From: Polyangiaceae bacterium
Lineage (GTDB): Bacteria; Myxococcota_A; Polyangia; Polyangiales; Polyangiaceae
DNA length: 64,000 nt
NCBI GenBank assembly: GCA_041389765.1
Contig: JAWKRE010000002.1
Location: 11,908-75,907, forward strand
Reading direction: 5' to 3'
This document shows, piece after piece, positions 1 through 9,744 of the stretch. Made by a program: the position numbers and the translations under genes. Position 1 is the stretch's first letter. Each line of letters opens with the position of its first letter. Under the pieces are notes generated by a model. It was not told where the DNA came from, made no database searches, and saw only the letters and a program-made list of their open reading frames with translations.

Positions 1-197
1 GCCAACCTCCCCCGGCCCCCCAAGCCTCCGTGAAAGGCGCCGACCAACCCACCGCCGCGTCCTCAGCGCTTGTTCGTCCCCTGGAGCAGGAACTGGCACA
101 GTTTCGTCCGCGAGCGTTCGAAGCCCCCGCCTCACCGCTTTCTCTTCCATCGAACCCGGAGGCGCGTGCACTCGACGCGTTCTGAAGAACATCTGCG

Positions 198-548
198 TCA
201 ACCGGAGGACTCGCACGCGCCCGCCTGCTCCTCAAGAATCCGCGCAACCTCCTCCGCAGAGTATCCGAGCTCGGTCAGGTCTTCACGAGTGGCTCGACCT
301 TCCAAAAATCGGCTCTCCGGTGCAGACATCAGTCCGGCTGCCACACACTCTTCGATCGTGCGGCCAGGCTCCGACATCGCCGCGGCGCATTCTTGAGCGC
401 TCATCCCAAGCAACTGCAGGTGCTCTGCGCCTTCACGCTCCATCTTCTCGGCATATAGCCGGACGATCTCGGAGCGCTGCGATTCCTTTGAGCGTGCGCG
501 GGTTAGCTCCAGATGGTCGAGGGAGAGCGCAGTCGCCATTGGGAGCAT
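198..548 (-). CDS. hypothetical small protein; start uncertain (alternative start near 779)
   Basis: The C-terminal ~115 aa of ORF 198..779 are non-repetitive and protein-like (MLPMATALSLDHLELTRARSKESQRSEIVRLYAEKMEREGAEH...). It lies in a locally lower-GC stretch next to the PIN-toxin gene. No family recognised. Confidence 0.3.
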   Translation of the reverse strand: MLPMATALSLDHLELTRARSKESQRSEIVRLYAEKMEREGAEHLQLLGMSAQECAAAMSEPGRTIEECVAAGLMSAPESRFLEGRATREDLTELGYSAEEVARILEEQAGACESSG

Positions 549-1013
549 GTACCACGGAACGCGCCGAAATGCGAGCGCGTCATGGGGGCGGGCAGGGAGG
601 CTCGCCCACAGGAAGCGACGTCCCCGCAAGCCTCGCACCACGGATGACGATGCTCCAAAGTCACAATCGTTCAAGCTTCTGATATCGCTACGGTTTTCCT
701 CCGACCCAAGGCACTCTTGACGACGTTGCATCTCTCGGTAGCATTTCAACTTCGAGCAGCGGCAGGTCACAGTCCGCATTCAGACGTGGCGGACGCGAGC
801 GGGATATGGAGAAGCAACCCAACAACGGCTTGGAGCTGACGAACCCCGTCGCGGCGCAGGGCGTCCTCCGTCCCCCCTGCTTGCTCTCGGGCCTTGCAGC
901 ACATCCGCGCGTTCGGCAGACAGCGCTTACCAAAGACCGCCGGTCGCAGAGCCATGGAGCCGGTTGGAAGACGACAGTGTGAAAGTGAGAATCTGGACGG
1001 AGCCGACGTGTTG

Positions 1014-1391
1014 TCAGACGACGACGAGCCGGGCAGTCGGATCCAGTCGCTGAAGGTCGGACGGATCGCTGGTCACAATCGCCTGTTGAGCGCGGTGGGC
1101 GCAGATGACGACATGCGCATCGGCAATATCCGATGTGCGAGCTGCGGCGAGCAGCACACCGACGCTGGTCGCATCGGGGCCGTGGAGCGGCGCGATGTCG
1201 GTTGTTGGTTGACGCAAGAGCCTTGCGAGTCTCACTTGACGAGCCGGCTGCCGAATTGCCTGAGCAAGCGCCGTCGCGGGGACGGTAACTCGGGCGCCCA
1301 GTTCGGCTGCGCGTGCGAGCAAAACGACGACTCGACGGTGGTTGCGATCCAGCGCGATCAGCCCGCCGGCATCCAGAGTCACGCCTTTCAT
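1014..1391 (-). CDS. vapC: PIN-domain ribonuclease toxin (VapC-like, type II toxin-antitoxin)
   Basis: 125-aa ORF with PIN-like acidic residues (MKGVTLDAGGLIALDR..., ...TSDIADAHVV..., ...VTSDPSDL). Its start overlaps the stop of the upstream small RHH-like gene by 4 nt, the usual antitoxin-toxin arrangement. Confidence 0.7.
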   Translation of the reverse strand: MKGVTLDAGGLIALDRNHRRVVVLLARAAELGARVTVPATALAQAIRQPARQVRLARLLRQPTTDIAPLHGPDATSVGVLLAAARTSDIADAHVVICAHRAQQAIVTSDPSDLQRLDPTARLVVV

Positions 1392-1669
1392 GCGGCGCGC
1401 GTCCGACGGTTCTCCGTCTTCTTGACTCCCGCGAGTACGCCGTCAGCCCACGCTCGCTCGCCCTTTGTGAGCGGACCCCCCGTTTCCTCAAGAGCGCCCG
1501 CGAGGAGAGCGCCCCACCCGGCGACATCGTGCAGCGCCGTCGTGACAGCGTGCTGCACGAATCCGGAGATGCTTCCGGCCTTTCCCGCTGCCACCAACGC
1601 ACGAATCTGCCGGAGGTCGTCCTCCTGGAGGGTGATGGTCGTCTTCACGGTTGCCATACCAAGTCCCAT
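1388..1669 (-). CDS. ribbon-helix-helix antitoxin (VapB/ParD/CopG-like); start chosen at the internal Met
   Basis: The C-terminal ~90 aa of ORF 1388..1936 read MGLGMATVKTTITLQEDDLRQIRALVAAGKAGSISGFVQHAVTTALHD..., typical of RHH antitoxins. The preceding Arg/Pro-rich part of the ORF is probably non-coding. Overlaps the PIN gene start. Confidence 0.6.
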   Translation of the reverse strand: MGLGMATVKTTITLQEDDLRQIRALVAAGKAGSISGFVQHAVTTALHDVAGWGALLAGALEETGGPLTKGERAWADGVLAGVKKTENRRTRAA

Positions 1670-1836
1670 ACCAGCCCCACCGAACCGACGCAAGACAACC
1701 GGCGTTGGGTTGACCAAGCGGCACGCAGACAGCGGGGGATCTGGGGCCGCCTGGGTTTCGCGACCGGGTGTGCCAGTGTTGAAGCGCCGCGGATTGCGGC
1801 GGGTCACACGCCGGAGAGAGTCAGGCGAGAGGGGGA

Positions 1837-3078
1837 TCAGACATAATAGGACGAGAGACGGTGGATCATCTGGAGGACGCTGATCCAGGTGATGATCTCG
1901 ACGACGGCGGCGGCGGGGAGCTCGGAGGAGCGGCACTCGTCGAGGATGGATTCGTCAATGACGGTGGGGCTCCGGGAGGCGGCGCGCGCGAGCAGGAGAG
2001 CCGCTGTCAACTGGGGGTCTCCGAGCGTGGGGGGTTGGGCGTTGCCCCGGGCGAACTGGGCGAGAGACGCCAACCTGTCGGGGCGAACACGGTTCTTTTC
2101 GGCGATGCGCTGGATGTCGTCGGCGAGGGGCTTGTTTTCGACAACGGTTGAAAACACGATGCCTACCTGGGACTTGATCGAGAGGCCCACGACGCTGGAG
2201 CCGGCGTCGAGGTTGTCGCGCAAGACCACGGCGATGGCGCGAATGGCCCTCTCGTGCTTGAGCCGGGAGAGGACCTTGAAGTCCGTGCCTGTGTGCTCCT
2301 GGAGGTACTTGCCGACAGCGGGCCATGCGCGCGGGACTCCGCTGGTCCATTGGCGATCGTGCGAGAGAGCCGAAGGGATGAGGGGAATGAGAGAGAGCTT
2401 GCTCAGGAACGAGTCGGGCCGGGGCAGGGAGGCCCCGCCGTGCGCGCGAGTCGACCCGGGGACGGGGGTTGGCCGGGCGGGGGGAGGGTCGGTGGATGCC
2501 TGGTGCTTGCCGGCCTTCCAGCCGGAGGGGCCGAGGAGGGCCGATACTTCGCCGACGACCTCGCCTTCGAGCTCGATGCCCATGGCGTCCATGAACTTGT
2601 TGAGGAAGCCCATCATCGAGATCCCGAGGACGATCCACTCGACGTGGGCGGGCGAAAAGTGGCGCTGGAGCTCTGCGCGATGGCTGTCCTTGATCTCGAC
2701 GGGGACGCGGGCGAGCGCCTTTGCGACGTTCATTGCGGCGAGCTCGCCGGGGGTGTAGCCGGCTTGCTCGCCGTCGAGGGCGCGCGCGATCTTGTCGGGG
2801 TCGGCGCCGCGGCGGAGGGCGAATGCAGTGCTGTGCGCCGAGCAGTAAGCGCAGCCGGCGTTTCGGCTCGCGACGTACATGGCGAGGCCGATCAGATCGG
2901 GGGATGTGCTCACGCCCCAGAGGGCAAATGGGAGATTCAAGAAGTTGGGGACAAGGACGTTGTACGTGCGAAACGACGGCGGCCAGATCTCCATGTACTG
3001 ATCGCAGTTGGGAACGACGCCGATGAGCTTGCGGACGAGCTCGAGGAGCGCCCCGTACTGCTGATGCAGTGTCTCCAT
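1837..3078 (-). CDS. carboxymuconolactone decarboxylase (CMD)/AhpD-like family protein, two tandem CMD-like halves
   Basis: From Met149 of ORF 1837..3522 (METLHQQYGALLELVRKLIGVVPNCDQYMEIWPP...). Contains a CAYCSAHSTAF motif (CxxCxxH, AhpD-like redox motif) and a second CMD-like half after a Pro-rich linker. The ORF's N-terminal 148 aa are low-complexity and not called. Confidence 0.65.
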   Translation of the reverse strand: METLHQQYGALLELVRKLIGVVPNCDQYMEIWPPSFRTYNVLVPNFLNLPFALWGVSTSPDLIGLAMYVASRNAGCAYCSAHSTAFALRRGADPDKIARALDGEQAGYTPGELAAMNVAKALARVPVEIKDSHRAELQRHFSPAHVEWIVLGISMMGFLNKFMDAMGIELEGEVVGEVSALLGPSGWKAGKHQASTDPPPARPTPVPGSTRAHGGASLPRPDSFLSKLSLIPLIPSALSHDRQWTSGVPRAWPAVGKYLQEHTGTDFKVLSRLKHERAIRAIAVVLRDNLDAGSSVVGLSIKSQVGIVFSTVVENKPLADDIQRIAEKNRVRPDRLASLAQFARGNAQPPTLGDPQLTAALLLARAASRSPTVIDESILDECRSSELPAAAVVEIITWISVLQMIHRLSSYYV

Positions 3079-3205
3079 GGGGACGGCTTGAGACCGGAGC
3101 AGGACCGTCAGCGTAGTTTCCACGACAATATCGTACGCCAATCCCGTGCGGGCATCAATGGCGGTTGGCGGGGCGGTGCGTGCGGGTAACATCGGGGACG
3201 TGCAG

Positions 3206-4042
3206 ATGCGTCGTCTCGTTGTCACCGGGATGTGGGCGGCAGTTGCGGTCCTGGGGGCGGGCTGCTCGTCGTCAGAAACGGGCGGGGCGCCGGGGGCGTC
3301 CGTGAGGGATGGCAGCACGGGGAGCGGTGCGAGGAGCGGTGTCGGTGGGTCTGGGCCGTACGGGGAGGCGCTCGTGAGGGGGACTGTTCGGTTCACGGGG
3401 AAACCACTGGAGATGAAGGTGCCGAAGCTGCGGGCGGGGTCCGACGTGTGCAAGCGGACGAAGACTCCGCACAATGCGGTGGTGGTGGAGGATGGGAAGC
3501 TGAAAGATGTGCTAGTGCGCATCGGGGCCGGCAGTGTGGCGGGGGTGTGGAAGACGCCCGAGACGAGGGCGGAGGTTCGTCAGAGCGACTGCATGTATGT
3601 GCCGCGTATTCAGGGGGTGATGGCGGGGCAGGGGGTGGTGATCTCCAATGAGGACTCGACCCTTCACAACCAGCATGTGGTTCGGGGGTATGAGGTGGTG
3701 GCGGGGCGCGCGCAGCCCAAGGGGGCGGCGCCGTTCGAGCTGGAGGTGACGGAGGAGCCGGGGATCTACAGGTTCTCGTGCGATATTCATCCCTGGATGA
3801 GGGCGTTCGTGGTGGTGACGGACCACCCGTTCTTTGCGGTGAGCGGGGAGGACGGAGGGTTTCGGATCGAGCGGGTGCCGGCGGGGCGGTATGAGGTGGA
3901 GGCGTGGCACTCGCACTATGGGAGGTTGGAGAAACGAGGGGTGGAGGTCGGCGCGGCAGGGGAGGTCATCGTGGATTTCGAGTACGATGAGGCGATGGGC
4001 GAGCCGGAGGAGAACAAGGGAGAGCTGGTGGGGCAGTGGTGA
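3206..4042 (+). CDS. cupredoxin-like lipoprotein (putative copper-binding)
   Basis: Lipoprotein signal MRRLVVTGMWAAVAVLGAGCSS. The C-terminal motif FSCDIHPWM (C-x2-H-x2-M) resembles the cupredoxin/amicyanin copper ligand set, with beta-rich repeats. Divergent from the CMD gene. Confidence 0.6.
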   Translation: MRRLVVTGMWAAVAVLGAGCSSSETGGAPGASVRDGSTGSGARSGVGGSGPYGEALVRGTVRFTGKPLEMKVPKLRAGSDVCKRTKTPHNAVVVEDGKLKDVLVRIGAGSVAGVWKTPETRAEVRQSDCMYVPRIQGVMAGQGVVISNEDSTLHNQHVVRGYEVVAGRAQPKGAAPFELEVTEEPGIYRFSCDIHPWMRAFVVVTDHPFFAVSGEDGGFRIERVPAGRYEVEAWHSHYGRLEKRGVEVGAAGEVIVDFEYDEAMGEPEENKGELVGQW

Positions 4043-4111
4043 GGCGCGCTTGTCCGCGTGCGAGGCTGGTGGGTTGTGGCGGGGGCGGGCGGCGTGAGAG
4101 AATGAGGGGGC

Positions 4112-4489
4112 ATGTTTGATCACGTCAAGTTTGGGGTCCGGGACTATGCGGCGAGCAAGGCGTTCTTCGTGAAGGCGCTTGAGCCGCTGGGCGTTGTCGT
4201 GCTGGGGGAAGGGGTACCGGAATACGGTGTGGAGCTCGGGGCGCCGGAGGGGAAGTCTTCGCTTGTCCTGTTCGAGACTTCGGAGAAGCCGGCGCATCTT
4301 CACATTGCGTTCATGGCCGAGAGCCGGGAGCAGGTCGACGCGTTCTATCGGGCGGCGCTTTCGGCGGGGGGCACGGACAACGGCGCGCCCGGGCTCCGGC
4401 CGAAGTATCACGCGAGCTATTATGCGGCCTTTGTCATCGGGCCGGACGGGCACAACATCGAGGTGGTCTGTCACGAGCCGGGGGAGTGA
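4112..4489 (+). CDS. VOC family protein (glyoxalase/bleomycin-resistance/dioxygenase fold)
   Basis: 125-aa ORF (MFDHVKFGVRDYAASKAFFVKALEPLGVVVL...HLHIAFMAESREQVDAFYRAALSAGGTDNGAPG...GHNIEVVCHEP), typical VOC/glyoxalase I-like sequence. Confidence 0.85.
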   Translation: MFDHVKFGVRDYAASKAFFVKALEPLGVVVLGEGVPEYGVELGAPEGKSSLVLFETSEKPAHLHIAFMAESREQVDAFYRAALSAGGTDNGAPGLRPKYHASYYAAFVIGPDGHNIEVVCHEPGE

Positions 4490-4615
4490 CGCGGATCAAC
4501 CCCGCGGACTCAGGCTCAAGTTGCGGGGGGACAGATTGGATGTCGACTTGCTTCGCGGGAACAATCGGGCGGGGTCGGGCTCGAACTGCTCTTGAGGGAA
4601 GGAGTGGGGCGACCG

Positions 4616-5062
4616 ATGAGGAGCAGAGGACGAGGTCGGGGGGGATGCGGGCGATGGATCGCGGTGATCGTGGTGGGGGCTTGTTCGGCAGGGTGCTCGA
4701 CTGGCGGGGAGGCGGCTTCGGGGTCTTCGGTGTCGACTGCGAGTGTGTCCTTGTCGAGCGGGGTCGGGGTCGCGCTCGAGGTGGAGGCGCCCGGGTGGGT
4801 CGGGGATCTGGCGCGGACCTTCCTGGAAGAGCCGGTGACGAGCCCGCCGCGTTCGATCTGGCGGTATGAGTATGGCGGGGAGACTGTGTATTATGTGCCG
4901 CCGTATGGGTTTGATGGCTACTCGGATCTGCATGACTCCGGCGGGAAGGTGACTTGCCATCCAGATGGGGGGCTCGGCGGGAAGGGGTATGGGCGGTGCG
5001 GGGATTTCTTCCAGAAGAGGAAGGGCGAAAGGCGGATATGGGTCGACCCCCGGGCGGAATAG
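4616..5062 (+). CDS. hypothetical lipoprotein
   Basis: Lipobox IVVGACSAGCS after MRSRGRGRGG. Non-repetitive C-terminal sequence with high GC3 codon bias. Confidence 0.5.
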   Translation: MRSRGRGRGGCGRWIAVIVVGACSAGCSTGGEAASGSSVSTASVSLSSGVGVALEVEAPGWVGDLARTFLEEPVTSPPRSIWRYEYGGETVYYVPPYGFDGYSDLHDSGGKVTCHPDGGLGGKGYGRCGDFFQKRKGERRIWVDPRAE

Positions 5063-5243
5063 GCAGTCGGCGGGAGGTCAGAGGAGGTCTTCGCCGCAGG
5101 TGACTTGCCAGGCGCGGAGAGTGGCTATTTCGGCGGCGAGGTGCTCGTAGCGGGGGCGGAGGGATTCGTCGGAGTCGGGCGGCGTCCTTGCGGATCTGGA
5201 GGTAGCGAACCATCGACTTCCAGGGACGCGCGGGGGAGAGGGG

Positions 5244-6779
5244 TTATCGGGGGATGCGGCGGGCGGCCTGGCAGAGGGCCTGGCGGAGAGGGTCTGTCGG
5301 GAGGTCGGGGGCGGGCTTTTCTTCGCAGGCGACCTCGGGGGACAAGGGGTCCAGGGCGATGCCGAGGAAGCTGGCGCGAGGGTCGCCTTCGGGGGCGGGG
5401 TGGAGGAAGGCGTGGAGTGTCCAGTATCGGCCGCTGTGGCCGTGGACCTCTTCGGGGTGGGCGACGAGGGGTTTTGCGTTGGCGGTGTCGCCGGCGGCGA
5501 GGAGGGAGGAGGCGAGGTGGCAGCGGACGGCGGACTCCCAGGGGACGGCGAGCTGGGCAATCGAGTGCTCGACGGCGGCCTGGCGGGGGTGGCCGCGGTC
5601 CTGGAGGAGCTGGCCGAGGCGGACTGCCTTCATGACCTCCTTCATCTTGGGGAAGGTGGCGCCGGGCTTGAGCTCGGGAGGGATGTCCTTGGAGACGCCG
5701 GCGAGGTGCTGGCGCCAGCGGGCGTCCCAGGCGGCGAGATCGAGGCCGGAGACCTCTTTCAAGGCGATGGCGGCAGGGTCGGGGCCCTCGACCTCCTTGA
5801 CCTTGGCAGTGAGGCGGGGGAGGGCGTCGTCGCCAATCTCGGAGGCGAAGAAGCGGACGAAGCTGGAGACTTCGGCGTAGGCGACAGAGGCCTCCTCGGC
5901 GGAGGGGAGCATGGCAATCGAGGGGCCCAGTTTGTCGAGGGGGCGGCCGAGGCCCATGGCGATGCCGACGGCGGCGAAGGAGTCGCCGGGGGGGGTGTCG
6001 TCGTGAGGCCAGGGCTCGCGCCAGCGGGTCTCTTCGCGCTTGGCGATGCCCTCCTGGAGCCAGAGAGGGGCCTTGTCGCGGGTGCCGGCGGTGAGGGCGA
6101 GATGGGAGAGCTCGTGGGCCAGTGTGTCCATCCAGCCGTAGCCGTTGGCGCGGGGGGAGAGCATGGTGACTCGGCCCCACTTGGCGATGGCGACAGTGCC
6201 TGTTGTCTGCGCGGCTTCGTAGGGGAGGCCGGTGACGGCGGAGAGGGTCAGTTGGTCGCGGACGAGCTCGATGCGGAGAGGGGAGGGGAGGCGGACTCCC
6301 AGGTCGCGGGCGAGGGTCTCGCGGGCGCGGTCGGCGACGTCGATGATGAAGGGGACGAGGGCGGCGTCGTCGTCGTCCTGGAGGCGGACCCAGACGCCTT
6401 TTTCCTTGTCGTGGATGGTGACTGTGGCGGCGGTGGCGCGGGCGCAGCCGCGGGCGATCTCGCCGATGTGCTTGGTCTCGTCGCTGGTGGAGAGATCGCC
6501 GCGGGTGAGGAGCTCGACGGCGCGGTCGCAGTCGCCTTCGTAGAGGGCCAGTCGGGCGCGCTCGACGGCGATGGCGGGGCTCTGGCCGTCGGCGGCGTCG
6601 AGGATGGAGTGGGCGCCGGCGAGATCGAGCTCCAGGGTGCTGGAGCGGCCGAGGGCGGCGGCGATCTCGGAGAGTGAGGGGATCACGTCGGCGGCGCGGG
6701 CCTGTGGGGCTGGCGCGGCGACGGTGAGGGCCGTGAGGGCGGCGAGGGGGAGGGGGCGGAATACGCGGTGTGTTTTCAC
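5244..6779 (-). CDS. secreted HExxH zinc metallopeptidase-like protein
   Basis: GTG start at 6777-6779 overlaps the TGA of the upstream gene (GTGA). Signal-peptide-like N-terminus (V)KTHRVFRPLPLAALTALTVAAPAPQARA. LAHELSHLAL matches the HExxH zincin motif. The Arg/Pro-rich 5' part of the six-frame ORF is not called. Confidence 0.6.
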   Translation of the reverse strand: MKTHRVFRPLPLAALTALTVAAPAPQARAADVIPSLSEIAAALGRSSTLELDLAGAHSILDAADGQSPAIAVERARLALYEGDCDRAVELLTRGDLSTSDETKHIGEIARGCARATAATVTIHDKEKGVWVRLQDDDDAALVPFIIDVADRARETLARDLGVRLPSPLRIELVRDQLTLSAVTGLPYEAAQTTGTVAIAKWGRVTMLSPRANGYGWMDTLAHELSHLALTAGTRDKAPLWLQEGIAKREETRWREPWPHDDTPPGDSFAAVGIAMGLGRPLDKLGPSIAMLPSAEEASVAYAEVSSFVRFFASEIGDDALPRLTAKVKEVEGPDPAAIALKEVSGLDLAAWDARWRQHLAGVSKDIPPELKPGATFPKMKEVMKAVRLGQLLQDRGHPRQAAVEHSIAQLAVPWESAVRCHLASSLLAAGDTANAKPLVAHPEEVHGHSGRYWTLHAFLHPAPEGDPRASFLGIALDPLSPEVACEEKPAPDLPTDPLRQALCQAARRIPR

Positions 6780-9697
6780 TTGAGGAGGCCCTCGGCGTAA
6801 CGCTTGACGGCCTCTTTCAATGCGGGGTCGACGGGGCCGGAGAGGCCGTCCATGACGCGCTTGCGGAAAGCCTCGGGGCCCTTGTGCTTGTCCTTGCCGG
6901 GGATGTCGGCCTTGCCGCCGGGGGGGCGGTGGTCGCCCTCCTGATCGCCGCGGGGGCGCTCGCTGTTGCCGTCGTCGTCCTTGCGGCCCTGGGCCATTTC
7001 GAGGGCGCGCTGGGCGATCTCCTGGTGCTTCTTGCCGGCGTCGCCGTCGCCCTCTTGCAGGGCGCGCTGGGCGTCGCGCATGGCGCGCTCGGCGTCGTTC
7101 AGGCGGTCGAGGGTGGCGTCGTCGAGGGTGCGATCGCCGCGGCGGGCTTTTTCGCCGAGCTCGCGGGCGCGCTGGGCGAGCTTCTCTTCGTCCTTGCTGG
7201 ACCGGGAGAGCTCCTCTTTGGCGCGCTCGCGGGCGGACTGGCGGAGCTTTTCGAGGGCCTCTTCTGCCCATTTCAGCTCGCTTTCGAGGGCCTCGGCGGC
7301 CTTGCCGGCGCGCTCGCCGGTGGTCTCTTCGAAGAAGCCGCCGTCTCCGCCCTTGCGCTTGGACTCCTTGAGGGACTTCAAGGCTTCTCGGCCGCGCTCG
7401 ACGGCCTCCTGGAGGTTCTGGCTGTCGAGGGAGCCGGCCATTCCTTCGGCCTCCTGGCGGCCGGCGGCGGCCTCGGACTCGGCGGTGTCGGGGCGGCCTT
7501 GCTTGGGGAGGCCCTGGACGGCCTCGCGGATGCTCTTGGCGTGCTCGCGGGCGGCGTCTTTGAGGGACTCGCGCTCTTCGCGCTCGGCGCGGTCGAGGGC
7601 CTCGGAGACCTCGTTCATCTCGGTGGCGTGGTCGCGGGCGAGATCTTCGAGGTCCTGCTCGTTGCGGGCCTGTTCGGCGTCGGCGTCGGAGGCCTCGCTG
7701 GGGTTCATGGAGGGGGGGCCGCCGGACTCGACTCCTCCGCCGCCTCCGCCGGAGAAGCTGGGGTCGGGCTTGCGGAGGCGATAGGCGAGATCCTGGGCGG
7801 CGAGCTCTGTGTGCTTGTAGTCCGAGGCCTTGCGGGCGCGGTCGATGCGGCGGAGATCGGAGGCGACGATCTCGCCGAGATCGAGGCCGAGGTCGCCGAG
7901 CTTGAGGAGCTGTTTGCCGCCGGCGTCGAGGACGTCGTAGGAGGCGCCGAGCCGGATGGTGGCGCTCTCGGTGTCCATGCCGAGGGCGAGGGCGCCTGCG
8001 GCGAGGGCGGCTTCGTCGGCGACGACGGCGAGGCGCTTGGCGACAGTGCGTGTGTCGCGGACGCCGAGGGCGCGGACTCCGCCGTCGAAGGCGAGGAGGA
8101 CATCCTCTGTCTCGTGAAGGAGCTTGTCGTAGGTGGCTTGTGAAGGGGCCTTTGTGAAGGACTCAAGGGCCTTGTCGAGGAGGCTCCACTGGCCGCGGGC
8201 GAGGGCCGTCATGCGGCTGTTGGGGGGGAGGCCGGCGAAGGTCTTTCCGAGGGCCTCCATGGTGAGCTTGCGGGCCTCCTGTTGCGCGGTGGTCTCGGGG
8301 GCGATGAGGTCGCGGGGCTTCTTGGGGTCGAACTTGGAGTCGAGGCGGCGGGCGAGGAGATCGGTGAGGCGGTCTCGGGCTTTCAGGAGCTCGGCGTAGC
8401 GGAGGGCTTCGGGCTCGCCGGCTTGCGGGAGGACGACGATGACGGCCTCGCTCTTTCCCCACTTGGGGCCGCTGACCTCGTCGTTGTCGCGGGCCTCGAC
8501 GCGGACCTCGACAGGGGCGTAGGTCTTGCGGAAGAAGGGGTCGTTGGCGCCGAGCTGGTAGCTGCCTTTGTCGGTGCGGGTGTCGGTGCCGGGGCGGGAG
8601 AGGATGCGGCGCTCCTCGCGGGTGCCGGCGCGCATGGAGAGGACGACCTCGCGGAGGCCGTGATCGTCCTCGGCTTCGTAGGTGAGCTGGACGGTGGGCT
8701 CGTCGAGGATACGGACTGTGCGCGGGGCGCCGTCGACGCGGACCACGGGGGGGGCGTCGGGGATGGAAGTGACGATCTGGAGATCGGCCTGGGGGACGCG
8801 GATGTCGCCGAAGGCTGCGACGACGCGGAGGCGGGCGCTGTCGGTGAGGGGGAAGTGGACGACGAGGCCGCCGTCGCCGTCGCCGACGAAGGCTGCTTCG
8901 GTGACGCCGTCGGTGAGGAGGAGCTTGCGGCCGTCGTGGACGGGGGTCCCGCGGACGGCGATGCGCGTGCCGCGGGGGAGGGCTGTGGGGGCGAAGGGGT
9001 TCAGGAGCTCTTCGGGCTCGTGGAGGTACGCCGGGGGGGTGGCGCTCATGGAGACGTCGTCGAGCCAGAAGAGGGGGAGGGGGGCGGTGCCGTTGCGGGC
9101 GGCGAGGACGTCGATGCCTTCGACGATGCGGAAGGGGTCGGACGTGACGAGGGCGAGGGCGGTGGTGGCGATGGCGAGGGCGGCGATCGACCAGCCGGTG
9201 GCGAGGCTCGCGGCGCGGGCGCGGATGCGATCGAGCGGGGCGCGATCGAGGAGGCGGCGGAGGTGGAGGGCGGCGAGCTCGGGGGAGCCGGCGTCGTCGG
9301 TGCGGGCGGTGCGCTCGGCGAGGGTGAGGGCGCGGAGGGTGGCGGCGCCGAGCTGAGGGTCGGCGCGGCCGACGGTGCCGAGGATGGTGCGGCGAGCGTC
9401 GCGGCGGCGGCGGTGGGCGACGACGGCGCGGACGAGGATGGAGGCGAAGAGGAGCGCGAAGAGGGCGGCGGCGGCGGCGCGGGCGTTCTGTGTGCCGAGG
9501 CGTGCGAGGAGCGCGGCGCCTGTGAAGACGAGGGCGGCGAGGGCGAAGAGGAGGCGGCGGACCGAGGGGGTGAGCTCGGTGTCCCAGGCGGCGCGCAGGC
9601 GAAGGAGCCAGTCGGCGGGGATCGCGGGAGCGGGGAGCGCGGCGCGAGGATCGGGCGACGGTGCGGGGGAGGCGCCGTCTGGCTGGGCTGCGGCCAT
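6776..9697 (-). CDS. large membrane protein with a long C-terminal charged coiled-coil region (DUF4175-like)
   Basis: 973-aa ORF with N-terminal TM helices, a central beta-rich region and a ~350-aa Glu/Lys/Arg/Ala-rich C-terminus (EALESELKWAEEALEKLRQSARERAKEEL...). Translationally coupled to the metallopeptidase gene. The family assignment is from memory and tentative. Confidence 0.6.
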   Translation of the reverse strand: MAAAQPDGASPAPSPDPRAALPAPAIPADWLLRLRAAWDTELTPSVRRLLFALAALVFTGAALLARLGTQNARAAAAALFALLFASILVRAVVAHRRRRDARRTILGTVGRADPQLGAATLRALTLAERTARTDDAGSPELAALHLRRLLDRAPLDRIRARAASLATGWSIAALAIATTALALVTSDPFRIVEGIDVLAARNGTAPLPLFWLDDVSMSATPPAYLHEPEELLNPFAPTALPRGTRIAVRGTPVHDGRKLLLTDGVTEAAFVGDGDGGLVVHFPLTDSARLRVVAAFGDIRVPQADLQIVTSIPDAPPVVRVDGAPRTVRILDEPTVQLTYEAEDDHGLREVVLSMRAGTREERRILSRPGTDTRTDKGSYQLGANDPFFRKTYAPVEVRVEARDNDEVSGPKWGKSEAVIVVLPQAGEPEALRYAELLKARDRLTDLLARRLDSKFDPKKPRDLIAPETTAQQEARKLTMEALGKTFAGLPPNSRMTALARGQWSLLDKALESFTKAPSQATYDKLLHETEDVLLAFDGGVRALGVRDTRTVAKRLAVVADEAALAAGALALGMDTESATIRLGASYDVLDAGGKQLLKLGDLGLDLGEIVASDLRRIDRARKASDYKHTELAAQDLAYRLRKPDPSFSGGGGGGVESGGPPSMNPSEASDADAEQARNEQDLEDLARDHATEMNEVSEALDRAEREERESLKDAAREHAKSIREAVQGLPKQGRPDTAESEAAAGRQEAEGMAGSLDSQNLQEAVERGREALKSLKESKRKGGDGGFFEETTGERAGKAAEALESELKWAEEALEKLRQSARERAKEELSRSSKDEEKLAQRARELGEKARRGDRTLDDATLDRLNDAERAMRDAQRALQEGDGDAGKKHQEIAQRALEMAQGRKDDDGNSERPRGDQEGDHRPPGGKADIPGKDKHKGPEAFRKRVMDGLSGPVDPALKEAVKRYAEGLLK

Positions 9698-9744
9698 CGG
9701 GCGAAGCGTAGCCGGACGGCGCGTGGGGTCCAGAGACGAAAGAG

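Noticed and set aside
5400-8143. Gly/Glu/Ala-rich plus-strand ORFs (5400..6677, 6770..8143)
   Set aside because: They are mirror-image artefacts of the minus-strand metallopeptidase and coiled-coil genes. The 6770 ORF starts inside the GTGA junction of those genes.
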